The notes beneath the pieces are model-generated. The model saw nothing but the letters and a program-made list of their open reading frames with translations. It ran no database searches and was not told where the DNA came from. The position numbers and the translations under genes were made by a program. Shown here piece after piece: positions 20,068 to 33,115 of a stretch of 64,000 nt of DNA (positions are counted from its first letter, which is position 1; each line of letters begins with the position of its first letter). Source of the DNA: Flectonema sp. DT1601 (Eukaryota); the NCBI GenBank assembly GCA_964019425.1, contig OZ025780.1:1116001-1180000 (forward strand). Direction: 5' to 3'.

Positions 20068-20622
20068 TTTTCGATTGGTTTTTGTGTTAAAGTTAACTTT
20101 CGGGGGAAACGTAAAGAGAGATTCAAAAAACATAAAATTGAACCTGATGACCATTATCACTCAACCTTCTAACTGATAACCCTCATCTATCAAACTCAAG
20201 CATGGCCGCGCGAGAGCGCTGCTCTTTTTCGTGGCGTGTTCTTGAGGTGGAAACTGGTATATTAGCAAACTGCGCATACAGGGACACACCAAGACTCACC
20301 TCTTCTCATTGTAAAAAAAATTATTTGAAGGTGCATTTCACAGGCCTCAAAATTGGACCCCCAGTTACACGGTCCACACTTTTTGAGTTTATTCATTCCT
20401 TTGCCGAAATCAGTCAAATCGAGGTTTTTTCGGCCCCGAAATCACATTTTTGGGCCTCATTATTCTAGATAGTAAGCTGGTAAAAAAATAAAAAACTGAT
20501 TACACCAAACAATTACTTTGCTTTCTAAAACAAATCTACTTAAACTTATTTTCTACACACTTCTACTAAGAAGTACTTTCAATACAGGCAAGTTATTTTG
20601 ACAAAAGTTTGAAGTTCAAAGA

Positions 20623-21915
20623 CTATCGATATGACACTGCAACAGGGTATTTAGAGGGTGGTATATTGTGTTGAAAATCATTCAACGGGTTCTCTCTCAC
20701 CGATTGAATCTCGCGAATGGAGTGCCCGGGAGGTCCTTGTGGTCGTCCGGCATCCGGACGGTGATCTATGACATCCCAGTCAGGGTCTTGGTAGTATTCG
20801 GGCTTCTTTGGTTGTGGATCATCTTCTGTCGGAAGGTGCTCGGTTGAATTTGCTTTTAAAACGATGAGATAAATACAGGCCGCAGTTAGTGCAGCAGCTA
20901 GCAAGGAAAGGACAACTATCATCCAATCAGGAACATCATCATCATCTGTGGCTGTAGTTGTTGTGTCCATTGGTGTAGTTGCGTCCACTGGTGTAACAGC
21001 CCCAACTGTTGCACCTCCACCACCTGTTGTTGCTGGTGGAGTAGTGACGGTACCTCCAGCACTCCTCGTACACGTTGTGCTTATCAAAGAAAAATATTGC
21101 TGAGTCGTTCCTGAAGTAACAGTCGTACACTGTCTGGTTGATACCAAATCGAATGCCAACACAGTTGGCTCATATCGCAAAGCTGCAATGCTTCCGAATA
21201 CGGCAGTGCATGCAGCATAAGTGTTATACAGCACCCTGGTAACGTATATCTTCCCTCCACCAGTATCACAATAAGCAGCACCATATCTCGGAGATGCACT
21301 GACAGAGGGGGTTTCCGTGACAGCTCGACAAAGACCATCAGCATTGGGAAATTGCATCGTACTTGACCGGACAAAGCAGGTTTGATCTGGGCTTTGACCA
21401 ATCGTAACAACACCAGCAGGTTGAAGTACTCCACCAGTTGAGGTTCCTGGACTAGTTCCCGACCCCGGTGGAGTTGGAGTAGTTAAAATTGGGGTGCCCG
21501 TTGGAGTTGCTGTCGGTGTAAACGGTGTCGGTGTTGGTGGCGCTGCTGTAATCGCCGAATTTAATGTTGGAGTAGAATCAGCCCTTCCGGGATGTGAAAT
21601 GTCGGTGGTCCTACTGGGCACAGCACCTACTGTCCAAGCACACAAAGGATCTCCCAACTCTTGTCCATTGCTGTATCCATCTCCGTCAGAGTCAGATTCA
21701 CACAAAATTCTCGTCCATGTTCTTCCCTGACTATCAAATAATGTGCCAAACTGGTTTCTCGTCCCTCCACCTGCTGACAATTCATGACCTACTCCTGGCC
21801 ACGCAACGCCCCTATATATTACATTTGCACCATTCGGTATTTGAGCCTGGTAGATCTGCCTGCCACTAACAATTGTTGCTCCAAGCAATGTAGCAATCAG
21901 TAACACTCGATCCAT
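20623..21915 (-). CDS. Temptin-like domain type I membrane protein with Pro/Thr-rich stalk
   Basis: Signal peptide, temptin motifs IPNG, WPGVGH, GGGTRNQFG and CESDSDGDGYSNGQELGDPLCAW, and a C-terminal TM helix. Confidence 0.85.
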   Translation of the reverse strand: MDRVLLIATLLGATIVSGRQIYQAQIPNGANVIYRGVAWPGVGHELSAGGGTRNQFGTLFDSQGRTWTRILCESDSDGDGYSNGQELGDPLCAWTVGAVPSRTTDISHPGRADSTPTLNSAITAAPPTPTPFTPTATPTGTPILTTPTPPGSGTSPGTSTGGVLQPAGVVTIGQSPDQTCFVRSSTMQFPNADGLCRAVTETPSVSASPRYGAAYCDTGGGKIYVTRVLYNTYAACTAVFGSIAALRYEPTVLAFDLVSTRQCTTVTSGTTQQYFSLISTTCTRSAGGTVTTPPATTGGGGATVGAVTPVDATTPMDTTTTATDDDDVPDWMIVVLSLLAAALTAACIYLIVLKANSTEHLPTEDDPQPKKPEYYQDPDWDVIDHRPDAGRPQGPPGHSIREIQSVRENPLNDFQHNIPPSKYPVAVSYR

Positions 21916-22233
21916 GATGCAAGCTGTTAGGAATGACTACAATAAATTAACCTAAAAGAAAGAAAAAAAACTCAGTTCGTACGTCGAAGTATATTACTGA
22001 CGGGAGAAAAAGTTATAAAAAGAACAACATTGTTCAAAGTTACCTCTGAAGCACTCGGTCGAAGAAGACTAGATAAACGTCGGTACGTGTAACCAACAAA
22101 ATAATACGACAAGTGTAAAGGTGAATCAGTGAAGTTGCACAGTGACAGGGCGGCTGCTTACTTGACGGGTCACGTTGTTTATGATAACAGCGGTGTAACT
22201 ACAATTCGCGAGGAATTTTGAGTACGCAGAACT

Positions 22234-22644
22234 CTACTTTGCATGTTTATTGTGCCACTTGCTGTCCGATGCACCATTAAGAGCGCCCTTTCTCCAGTTC
22301 ATATCTCTCCAGGGAAGCATTTCACCATGTTTCCAGAATCTGCCCCCGTCGGGGCGTTGGTGGGAGTAAGCGTGAACCTTGTAGAGCAAGGGATGGATTT
22401 TTTTGCCGTATGTGCGCTGGCTTGCAAGCAACCCCCGACTGAGAGAGTCTGATGACGCTTCACTACTTGTAGCAGCGGCGGTTGCGAGACTGCTGTCCTT
22501 TCCCATAATTGGAGTTAACAAAGATTCCATGAACGATCCACTTGATTGCCGCGCGCTCCTCACCTCCAGACCCGTTGCTCTCGAAATTTCGTTTCCCGCA
22601 TCCCTTCCCATTGTTGGGGTCAGCACCTGCGTCATCAGTCCCAT
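22234..22644 (-). CDS. Hypothetical 136-aa protein with an internal LTP(T/I)MG(R/K)D repeat
   Basis: On the same strand as the gene cluster, coding-like composition, duplicated motif. No family recognised. Confidence 0.45.
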   Translation of the reverse strand: MGLMTQVLTPTMGRDAGNEISRATGLEVRSARQSSGSFMESLLTPIMGKDSSLATAAATSSEASSDSLSRGLLASQRTYGKKIHPLLYKVHAYSHQRPDGGRFWKHGEMLPWRDMNWRKGALNGASDSKWHNKHAK

Positions 22645-22675
22645 CTTGTGCTGACCCTAAGAGATAAAATATTTA

Positions 22676-22823
22676 CCCATTAAGTACGGGGGGTCCACTA
22701 CAGTGGTTATTTTGAAATTTTATTTTCGTTAAGGGGGAAACCCCCGGCCTACCCCCTTTCCCCGTTGGCCCTTTTTTCAAAAAAAAGTCAAAAAACCGGT
22801 TTTTACCCCCCGTCCGTAATGGG
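22676..22823. mobile_element. 148-bp MITE with piggyBac-like termini
   Basis: 19-bp TIRs CCCATTAAGTACGGGGGGT and the reverse complement of ACCCCCCGTCCGTAATGGG (17/19 match). CCC...GGG ends, flanked by TTTA (left) and TTAA (right). Confidence 0.7.
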
Positions 22824-23292
22824 TTAATTAAATAAAATCAAATGTTAAATAACATTATTTACCAATTGACCGTTATGTTACTTATGAACTTTATTAATTA
22901 GGAAAGTAGTAAACGAGTGAGAGTGGGCAAGTCCTCCCGCATAAGATGACGGAAGTCTCTCAACTCAATACAGATAGAGAACACTTGTCTCGCGTATTTC
23001 TGAAAAAAAATATGATGCGTACGCTTCGAACAATTAGTTCGCTATGTAACTGTTACTATGAATGTATCAATACGAAAAGAGCGCTTCTATTCCAGATGCC
23101 GCCGAGTACTCTGGAAAGGGCAGCGCGCGGGTATCTGCAGCAGTAATGCCAGGAGGCACTGTCAACTGCCGTCGTATTATTCTCAAATATAAGAAATTGG
23201 TGCACTCTTGCAATTTTTAACTTTTTAGAATGAAAATTGCGTAGAATAGGCACAGTGGCCGTCGTGAAGATTTCTTACAATCCAACCTCCTC

Positions 23293-23709
23293 TCATTCTA
23301 ATACATCACATCGGCAAACAGGACACTTGTGCTCCTTCTTAAACCACTTCTTCAATCCTTCGACTTTAAATTTATGTCCACATTTCTTAATTTTCGCAAT
23401 TTGCTCACCAGGTTTGAACTCATCTTGAGAGATAGGATCCGTTTCTTTAGCATCCTTATTGGTAGCACGATTTTCGATTATTGCGTTTGACCACTCGCGA
23501 GGCTGCACTCCTCTTTTGACGTTGTTCTCATCCAAGGCGAGCATCTGCTCATAAGTCATACCAGAGGAACCTGGTCTGGATGCACTTTGGATAGACATCC
23601 TCATCATCAATTCAGTAATTTCCAACGCTGTTTGTGAACGAAATCTCGGGCCCACTCTTTCCTGAGCGTCACTGAATGACATGTTCTCAAAGTCGTTCAG
23701 CGAAATCAT
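23293..23709 (-). CDS. RING-type E3 ligase-like protein with a degenerate first zinc site
   Basis: MTYEQMLALDE motif typical of RING-H2 E3 ligases, followed by DPISQDEF...CGHKF...KWF...CPVCR. Confidence 0.8.
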   Translation of the reverse strand: MISLNDFENMSFSDAQERVGPRFRSQTALEITELMMRMSIQSASRPGSSGMTYEQMLALDENNVKRGVQPREWSNAIIENRATNKDAKETDPISQDEFKPGEQIAKIKKCGHKFKVEGLKKWFKKEHKCPVCRCDVLE

Positions 23710-23970
23710 TGTTGAAACCTGAGTACCACGAGTCCTGTAGAAAGAGAACTTTTTATTGACTTCAGCATCTTATCGGACACTTTCTTCAGTTTGCTGAAAC
23801 CTTCACTTGTATGTCATTCATGTGATGAATAACTTCATTCAGTTCGGCAACTGCTTCTTCAAGCACATAATGACATGAATAGGAAAATGACTTTGAAAAA
23901 ATGATTTTTGTAGCGTAAGTTGAATTTTACCAGTTTATCCGTCGTTACTCATAATTCGCACACAACGACA

Positions 23971-24675
23971 TTACTCAGATTTCACTAATAGATACGCAGA
24001 GTTGAATCCACCGTGGGAGTGTACTGTTGCAGATTTCGACTTCTTTTTGTCAATACTGTGGGTCTCAACATCCCAGTCAAAGTCAGATTCACCATCAGCA
24101 CCGTGAGCATAGGGCAATATAACATCGGGTGCGTTAATCGTAATGAGGAGAAATGATCCTCCAGGTTTGAGAATTCTATAAATCTCTTTAAAATATGAGA
24201 AAACATTTTTATTGCCGAAGGCTTCGGTAGTGTCATCGCACTGAGACAACAAGGCATCAACTGTTCCCTTGTCAAAAACAAAATCATATGAGCAGTCTGG
24301 TGTGGGGAGGTTGCAACAGTCCATTACTTCCCAGTTAATAGTAACGTTTGCGGCTTGGGTACGTCCTTTTGATTTTTTACGATTCTTCACAGACTTTTGC
24401 ATTTCCTCTATCAACCCAGGACAGATATCAATATTAGTGATGACACACTCAAAGTCTTCCCTCCAATGCCCACTGTAACTATCTGAGAATCCAGAGTTAC
24501 CGCATCCCACATGCAGTACGTTCATTCCTTCCTTTTTGGGAACTAATTCAACTAAATGCTGATAACCTTCGTATTCCATAAACCATTCATACCTGCCATT
24601 GCTGCCCTCTCCTTCTGCATAAAAAGTATCCCAAAACTCTGGATGCGCAGGTGACATCTCAGAGGGTGCCTCCAT
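23971..24675 (-). CDS. Class I SAM-dependent methyltransferase, METTL13/EEF1AKMT4-like
   Basis: FWDTFY...YEWF, VLHVGCGNS, NIDI and YDFVFDKGTVDALL, RILKPGG. Confidence 0.9.
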   Translation of the reverse strand: MEAPSEMSPAHPEFWDTFYAEGEGSNGRYEWFMEYEGYQHLVELVPKKEGMNVLHVGCGNSGFSDSYSGHWREDFECVITNIDICPGLIEEMQKSVKNRKKSKGRTQAANVTINWEVMDCCNLPTPDCSYDFVFDKGTVDALLSQCDDTTEAFGNKNVFSYFKEIYRILKPGGSFLLITINAPDVILPYAHGADGESDFDWDVETHSIDKKKSKSATVHSHGGFNSAYLLVKSE

Positions 24676-24942
24676 TGTGACCTGACCGAAGAATGAATAG
24701 TAACTTTCTTTAACCGCTCGCCCTGTCGGCGGACTCAAACCAAACAATTACAAGCAACTGGTCTACTAAAAACTAAAAGAGTAATCTCCTGCAAAGAGAA
24801 CAAAAGACTAAATCAGCGGATGACAGGTCTGGAAAGACCTGCTGTTGGAAGAATCCCAAAATAAGATGAAGCAAATAATAAGATTGCATAAGAAAGTAAA
24901 CAGATGGGTTCATGAATCCTTTTCTTGACATAATAAGGTCTC

Positions 24943-25389
24943 CTAATGTCTGACTATCGAAGATGAGAGGGGAGGAAGGATAGGCAAGGCAGGAAGGCAC
25001 GAATAGTGTTGCGATTTCCCAGATCCTTCACTTCGCAGTAATTTCTTCGACAACGACGATCGCTTCCTGAAAAGCAACGTTCTGTCTTTTGCCAAGTCAA
25101 TGAGTTCTTGCAGCCTGTCTCTACGAGGTGGCGCAGAAGAATCCCACTGAGGCAACCGCTTCGGATTGATGGCGAGGTTAGGCAGTTTCCGCCGCATATT
25201 ATTATAACGCCTTCCAAATGTCCGCTCTTTCGCGATTATTACTTTGTGCTCTTTTGCAAAAATAGGCCAGCGGTCTTGCTTGCCTAAGTTACCAAGAGCT
25301 TCACAGCGCAGGTATTCAGAATCTGAGTCTGAGTCATCGGCTAAGACCATCAATAGCACGGACCCTGTTAAGAAAGAATTTAAATACAC
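24943..25389 (-). CDS. Hypothetical ORF or exon; gene structure uncertain
   Basis: 148-aa ORF on the cluster strand with coding-like composition. No recognisable domain. Confidence 0.3.
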   Translation of the reverse strand: MYLNSFLTGSVLLMVLADDSDSDSEYLRCEALGNLGKQDRWPIFAKEHKVIIAKERTFGRRYNNMRRKLPNLAINPKRLPQWDSSAPPRRDRLQELIDLAKDRTLLFRKRSSLSKKLLRSEGSGKSQHYSCLPALPILPPLSSSIVRH

Positions 25390-25658
25390 AAAATCAATCC
25401 ATCGAGAGACCAGAACAGAGCAAGAGGATTCTTATGGGAATCTGTTATGAAGAAAATCATTGCAGCTACAAAGCAACCTGTGAGAAAAGAGAACATGTCA
25501 AAGTCACTTACTTGGGTCAACTACGAAATAGATGCTACAAAACGTAACGATAAGTTGCAAGTAGCATAAGACGTGTAAATGTAATTGAGAAAAACTCAAT
25601 TGCTCGGAAGTTAACGTAAGCGTCGAAGAGTAGACAGTGAACTCGCAGTTTAGGTTAA

Positions 25659-28600
25659 CTAAGTCTTCACTGCTCCCCGCATCATCGCTGACGTCGGTCT
25701 CTCTTTAGCAGCGATGTAGTTATATTTCGCCATTGGACTGCTGTGAGGCATTACTTTCAACACCTTCGGGGCTGAGAAAAAGCCTTTTACCCCGAATTCC
25801 GGGGTAGAGGTTGGGTTGAATAATACACGCAAACGTTCTTCTTTGTTGTATGAAGTGAGAGATAGTGTCGGAGTCGCACCCTTAGAAAACAACTCGTGAA
25901 TTCGAGCTGCTCCTACAGCTTTCCTTGATGACAACGAAGGCTCGGAAGAATGTTGTGATGGCGTTTCAAGTTGTTTGTATTGCTTTGATGGTGTTGGTTC
26001 GTCTGAGCGAATATCGTCATCAGCGTTGGTTTTATATGGCAGACCATCAATTGTAATACAATTACTTCCCTCATTAGGTGGAGGTATAATAGCTTCCATC
26101 GAATGCTTGCTTTTGAAGTGGTTGAGGACTGCCTTCCGCTGTTTTCTCAAACTGACCATTTTACTGGCAGCAGCACTACACCTTCCGAATAGGTATTCAG
26201 AGGACCGTATTGGTCCGTCATTAACTACTGTGACATCAGTTAGATCTGATCCTGGGATGCGGTGATCTGGAATATAATCTATATTAGAAATTCGAAGAGT
26301 CTGCGGTCTTGATGCCGGGGCAGAGGCCGGCCTGATTTTGTGTATGTGTGTGGTCGGCTCATTAACAACTTGCTTACTAATTTCCTCTTCGCTGTGACGT
26401 TTGCTGGCGGCATATTCCAAAAGCGCAAATATACGAGCCTCAATTAATTCCCAATCAGTAGGAAGTGGGGGTCCCTTCTCGTTATTTCTTTGTGTGAGAG
26501 TACCCCAAATACCGCGACCAACTGATCTCCAAGAAGCCACAGTGGTGGGGTCGAATACAGATCGAAAGACTTCAGCAGTAACCTCTTCATCAGAACACTC
26601 GTCGTATTCACAGTTAGTTGAAGATTGTCGTCCTATTGCACTTGTGACTTCAGAACTAAACATCTTATAAATCACTTCCTCATTCCCCTTCATTATTCCT
26701 TCTTTTATTGATTCTCTCACGTTCCCTCCATCTGGAATCACTCTTTTTATTTTATTGGAAGTTCTTACTGCGATGTCTATCTTTTTAAAGCTTTTCGGAG
26801 ACTGCCCTAACAAAGGAAATGAATCGAACTTCCCACCCACTTCATCGATTGCTTGTGCGTTGATTTCGGGGGAAGCTGTATTGTTTAAAAGCCTTTTCTA
26901 AGAAATGATTGAGTTCATAATTTCAATAAATTAGGAGATTGAGACATACCAAATGATAACGGGTCGACTGTGGACTGCGTCACAACTGCGGTTCTTGGAG
27001 AGAGTTTTGGTACCTCCCTTCTCAACAGGCTGTCTGTGCGAGTAAGGGGACTGTGTTCAGGAGAGAGTGGAGGGGAATCTGTATTTGTAGGAGACTCATT
27101 TAACGTAGAAACTGGATTTCTAATTGCTCTCCCAATCCTGGAAGTAATACGCGGTTCTTGCATTGTTGATTTCTTATTTTCCTTCATAACTTCAGTCTGT
27201 ACTGAGACTTGCTTCATTATCAGCTCATCAGTTTTTGTACCAACGTCTACAACATCCCTGCCATTCGATACCAAGACATCTGGTTTCCTAAGTGGAGTGA
27301 TTGCTATATTTATATGAACATTATCCAGAGCCAGCTGAATACGCTTCAGAATAGTTGCTGAATTTCGGAGTAAATTTCGAGAACAAGTTGCTCTCTGTAC
27401 GTCAGTGGCAGAAGAACTCGCTAGAATTAAAGAAGCTTTTTCTATTTCTCTTGTGAAACTGTTCACTTCTGCTACACAATTCAGTAGCGTCGTATTGTGA
27501 ACACTGTTTTTTTTTTTGTTGTAATTTTCGCAAGTCGAATACGTGACGAAACTGTGCCAAAATACAAATTCAAAAAAGACAAAACGTATTCAGCTTAAAT
27601 ACTCCGGAAGTGTAATTACAAACCGTTTCTGAGTGAGATCCTTATGAAGAGCTTCACGATCTTCCTTAAAACGAATATCTGAAGATTGCAGCTCATCTGT
27701 GACAGAGGATAATTGTTTCTTACAAGCTGTGAGGTTGGTAGTGAGAGAGGTTATATTTTCTCCGTACGTTTCATTCTGTTCCATTAGTCGCTCACATTCG
27801 GAACGCCAATCAAAACTGGGTCTGTGTGACATCATCAGAAGTGTTTCACTGGAGTCAATTTCTTGTGTGATAGGCAAGTCTGTAACATCACCAGCACCGT
27901 TAGACTTCTGTGATGTACCTTTGTACATCATTAGCTGAAACTTGTGTTTTAATTTAAAAGATTCCATCTCCTGTACAAGAATCCCCTTCTCGTCCTGAAG
28001 GGTGCGAAGTGATTTCTCTAGCTTCTCAATGTCGTCGTTCTTTTCGCGGATTCGCGTCTCCACAACTGCTTCGTGGGCAGCCATGTTCGCAGAATTCTTC
28101 GCTCGGATCTCCGCTATGGAAGTTTTTAATTCCGACAGAGCCCGAGATTGCTTGTCAATAGTGTTCTGCAAAGAATTATTCTTACAATCAGCTTCTACCA
28201 ACTGGGTGGTTAGAGATGTAATTTTATTCTCGAGAGACGATTGCTGCTCTGAATAAAGAGCCTCAGTTTTTTGTAGAATACTATTGTGCTGTTCAGTGAG
28301 GGCACTAACTGCTATTCTTAACGATTCTTCTCCATTCTCTCTGAGCTGGACCAATTCATTTGCATGAGCAGTCTGGGAGTTGCATAACTTCTGCTCCAGA
28401 GAAGCTATTTCCTTGTCCACAATAGACTTTTCAGCAGCACGAGTCGATCGTTCTAAGTCAAGTAAGGACAGCAAACGATCTTTCTCGCGCTGATGTTCTT
28501 GTCGTAATATTTCAGCCAATCTCTCTAATTCTCCGTGACTGCCCTCCTCGTCAGACATCGTGTATTCCGCAACTTTTAGTATATCTAAGAACGAAAAATC

Positions 28601-28975
28601 TGGAGTTTGCAGCGTGTGGTCAATCACGCCATTATTCTGAAGAAGGTGAACTTGTTCTCTAAGAGTTAGGATCTCATTGTAGAGCGTGTGTCGAATATAA
28701 CCCAAAAGATCATTCTTAGTGCGAAGTTTCCCCCGCAGAATATTCTCCGTGAGATCTCGTTTGTTGCGATCTTTTTCGAGTTGTACAACAAGTTGCTCAG
28801 AATCTCCAATCTGTTTTCGCATATTCATCACCATCGGGTGACCAGAGAGTATTCCAACTGCATCTAAACTTTCATCCGTTTTTATCCTACACAAACAACT
28901 TTTACAGAGTCCTGTTCCTCCAACAGAACCACTCCGTCGGAGAGATACCATCGAGGCTGGCTGCCGGAAACTCAT
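25659..28975 (-). CDS. Large coiled-coil protein; complement(join(25659..26875,26950..27503,27624..28975))
   Basis: Two GT-AG introns (27504-27623 phase 2; 26876-26949 phase 1) join three ORFs in frame. Heptad-rich N-terminal half. Confidence 0.75.
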
Positions 28976-31900
28976 TTTAGTGAAGGCATTCTGAGTTATG
29001 AAGTTAATTATATTTTTTATACGAAAGATGTTCTGAATATCACATTCAACCAAACACTGTCTTAGTAGAATTGTCCTTCTGATAAAAATAATAATAATGA
29101 GTGTTTGCTTCTACTTTCCTCTATCAGTGTTTGCACAGCGATCGAACGAGACAAAAGACAAACAGTTACGTACACTTATTTTTGATTTTTTTTTTTTTTT
29201 TTGTTTATTTTGATTGAAAAGGAAAGCGAAGAAGGATGAGTAAAGAACGTGGGATCAAATAGGAGAATCGTAGAGGCGTCACACGATGCCTACATTGGAA
29301 CAAAATTTCGCTTCAATAGCAATTCCAAGACAGAATACGAAATTGTCACGAAATCGGTTTAGCTTCAAAAAAGACAGCAATCACAAAAACAGCCAGAGTG
29401 ACTCTCCAAAGCTAGTAAACCTCGGGAAGAAAGAATACCGACCAAATCGAAAAAAAAAAGAAAAAAATAATCGCTAGTCTTGCTTGAATAATGCTAATTC
29501 TCGAAAGATGATAAAGAGAGGTTCTCAAAGGTGTTTAAGAAAGAAAGCTTTCTTAGTAAGAACCACATGATTAAAGGAAGTCGTTCTGCTAGAAACAAAT
29601 TTGCGGAAGTGGGTTCGCCAGCTCTTAAAAAGCTAACCAACTGCTAAGACGCAAATTATATGAGAAACCTAATAAGTAAGTTAAGAGGGACTACAATATT
29701 AATGACAACGATATCACACCCATCTATTTATTATGATTAATAAAGACAAACATAATGTAGGTAACCCTCATAGTAAAAGAAAATGAACTCAAAATAAGAT
29801 TTTTTTAATTCAACAGAAACGGAAGCAAGGTTAAGTTTCATTGCCACCACTACATCCGGTGGGTTCATATCCTCGAATTCAAAAGTGTTGGAAACGAGAA
29901 ATCAAGAGAGGCCAGCCTTCTTGCGTAACTGAAAATAAGAACACAAGTTTTGTTATGAATTAGTGCATTAAATCAAGATATAAAAAAGAAATATTTTCAA
30001 AAGAATGGGAGTATATCCCCCTCGTTTGGGTACAGTTGCAAGCGGATGTGTCTTCCGTACTTCTTCGTATGCCGTGTACTGGCCAGTGTTCCATTAACTA
30101 CTGTTGAATACGTAGTACCGGACTTGATCTTGGCTTCATTCTAATTCGATATACTTAATCCAATGTTGCGGAATAGCTGGATTGTTGAATTCTTAATGAA
30201 GCAGGTCTTATTTGCAAGTATTGCACATTTCAGAGGAACACAACCAACGGTGTCAACAAAAAAGATAGTTTTGACAACGTACTTCGCACACAAATAAAAG
30301 ATCGGAGCTAGTTGGTTCGGTGACAGCATCGGACCGAATCAATCCCAGAGAAAGATGAGAAAGATTAAAAACTAACTTGCCCCAGCAAGTAATTACAAAT
30401 TACCGTATTCGTAGATTAAACAAAATCGCAATACAAGAGGAGGTTCGCTTTCCCCTTTTCTTTTCTCTTTTCGGGACTTGAGGTGAATCGCAGTGCCATA
30501 TTACCAGGCAGGCTTCCGAATCACAAAGGACAAGATGAATAATACACCACACCTTCAATCATATTAGGGGAATGGAGAAGAATAAACGCATCCAGTCATG
30601 AACTTCAAAAAAGAAAAAGTCGCCTTATTGCTGCCATTCTTTTTGATAACGTTCTCCCTCAGTTTTATTTTTATACAGAATTAAATGAACAGCGATAACA
30701 ACAACAACAAAAAGTAATAATAATAATAATAATAATAATATGACCAAATAAAGCCAAAGTAGATCAACATGATGCACAAGATCGTGACAAGACTCAGAAT
30801 AAAAACTTTTGATCACTTGGGCTGGCAATGGGCACGTCGCATGCGAATGCGCAGTTACTATGAAACTAAGAACTATTTATGTTAAAAATAGACAAAAAAA
30901 AAAAACTGGAAAATGGATATGTTTGATACAATCCGGTCTCTCACCACCGAGAAATCGGCGAGACGAAGAAAGATTTTACAAATATCGTATTTTACAGGAG
31001 GGTTGTTAAACAAGAGCTTCACGTGATTGATAAAAGAGAGATGATGTAAAAAAAAAAAAAAAATAAAATAAAAAAGACAAAATGAGAAGTAGTTGGCGCG
31101 ACTGCTAACACAACTTCCAAAACAAAAAGGAAAAGGTTTTATAACATTGCAGAGATCATATCAACGCACCAGCACTTTCTTAGTGCCACCAAACTGAGAG
31201 TTGCTACCACTAGAATTACTGCAGAACAGAATTACTAGACAGCAAGGAAAGTAGACTTTCTTGATTAAATTATAGTTGACAAACAATGTAAGACCAACCA
31301 GTGAAAAAGTGCGCGAGTCAAAGTTAGTATAAGTTGTTCTTAACTTCGCTGAGATTGTATCATCCGCACAGTCATACTGGTAAGAATCGAAGGATGCCAT
31401 CACTAGCATAGCTGCAGAACAGAACTACTAGCGAATTGTGGCCATCATAAAAGCGATCAGGAAGTTTAAGACTAAATCTGAATAATTACTTTCAATCGGA
31501 TTGACAGTAAAGGGAAGATATCCAATGCACCTCAATATGGAAAGGTCAGGTCGCATGTATACAGACTTGTCGAGTCGGTAATAGGAGAAGGTCTTCCTGA
31601 AAAATTCGCTTTGGTTGTTTGCTTGTTTATTAAAGCAGCCGAGGTAATTTTGAACCCATAGATGCCTAATTCGGACTCTCATTGAAAGAATCCTATTAGT
31701 GAGAGGCGTTGTTGTTTTGCGCCGGGTGGTACTTTAGATCCGCAGCTGTCCCTCTAGTCTATAACACCACTAAACCAATAGGTTAAAAAGATGAATAGTC
31801 CGAGGGCTGCATGTTTAAAAAAATGTAATATGTGCGGCATTACAATAAAGTAACTTAAGTTGTAAAAGACAATACTCTTTCCTTAACAGCACCAATTATC

Positions 31901-33115
31901 TAATTTAAGAAACCAATGCAACAGGTGATAATGTTATGTTTTATACATCACTCTAAGAGTATACAACGGAAGTCAGCAGAGTTGATTTTGGAGCGATATC
32001 TAGGTCGATGTACCTCAGTCTGCTGCGACGACTTATTTGCGTTGAAAGTCAGGAACTGGGATAAAATGATGTGGAAAGAATGTTAAAACTTGTTAAAAGT
32101 TAATTCTTATAAGGCCACAGTACGTGTTGCTGTATACAAAGTATGCTTGAGAACGACAACACCTCATCGACTAAGGATCTGAGACCCGAGTGCCGAGAGT
32201 GATTTGTTTGTTTTAAGAAAAATGAAAAAAACTACAACACTCGTTGAATAACCAACACAATTCTTCTTTAGTTTGTTTGCATGAGTCGCAAACTTGTACA
32301 CACTCTGTTTGTTTTAAATGCCCATCCAAACCCATCCTTTAGAGAAAGGAAACTTTAAAAAAAAAAAAAAACATCACAAAAAAACCAAAACAAAACGAAA
32401 CTGAGGAAAGGTTCAGACGAAAACATTCGAGCACTACCATGAAACTGTCGAGTGCTGCTGTCTTAATTAAGAAGACAGGAAAAAAAAAACTTTTAGAGGC
32501 TGTACGGTTTTCTAAATCACAAGTATCAACACAAAATAACAAACAGGTTTCATAATTTTACCCAACGAATTAATGGGGATGCCTGGAAAATAAATAAAAC
32601 ATCGCCCGCTTCAGAATTACTTTTTAATCCAAAGTGTTAAAGATTCCGCTATTCCGTTCATTTCTCCCTCAGAATACAAAACAAAATAAAAACAAAAACA
32701 ACAATTAGGGTAGTGAATGTAAGTGCCCCACCGTAATAAAAGCAGCAAGTTGAAGGGAGTCAAAATCAACATGAAATAAAAATTGTTTGAGGGGATGATA
32801 ATTCTTTTCATTGACAACAAAAGGTTTTTGGCAAATTATGAAAACTGCAACGTTTGCCCCAAAAATAGGAATTGCGATCCAAAGAAACCTTTTGAGGTTT
32901 TGTTGAGTATTTTATTTATTTATCGAAGTCAGGGAAGTCAAAGAGAAGCTCACGGCACCAGTCATTTGATACCACAACCGTGAGACTCTCGACCACCGCA
33001 TACAGGAGGGAGAACACTCCGCTGTTGGGTTGTTCTCTCGCCCGAATACAAGTAAATTATTTCTAATTTATTTTTAACAAGTGTGACGCAATAGAGAAGT
33101 ATTTGATTACCAACA

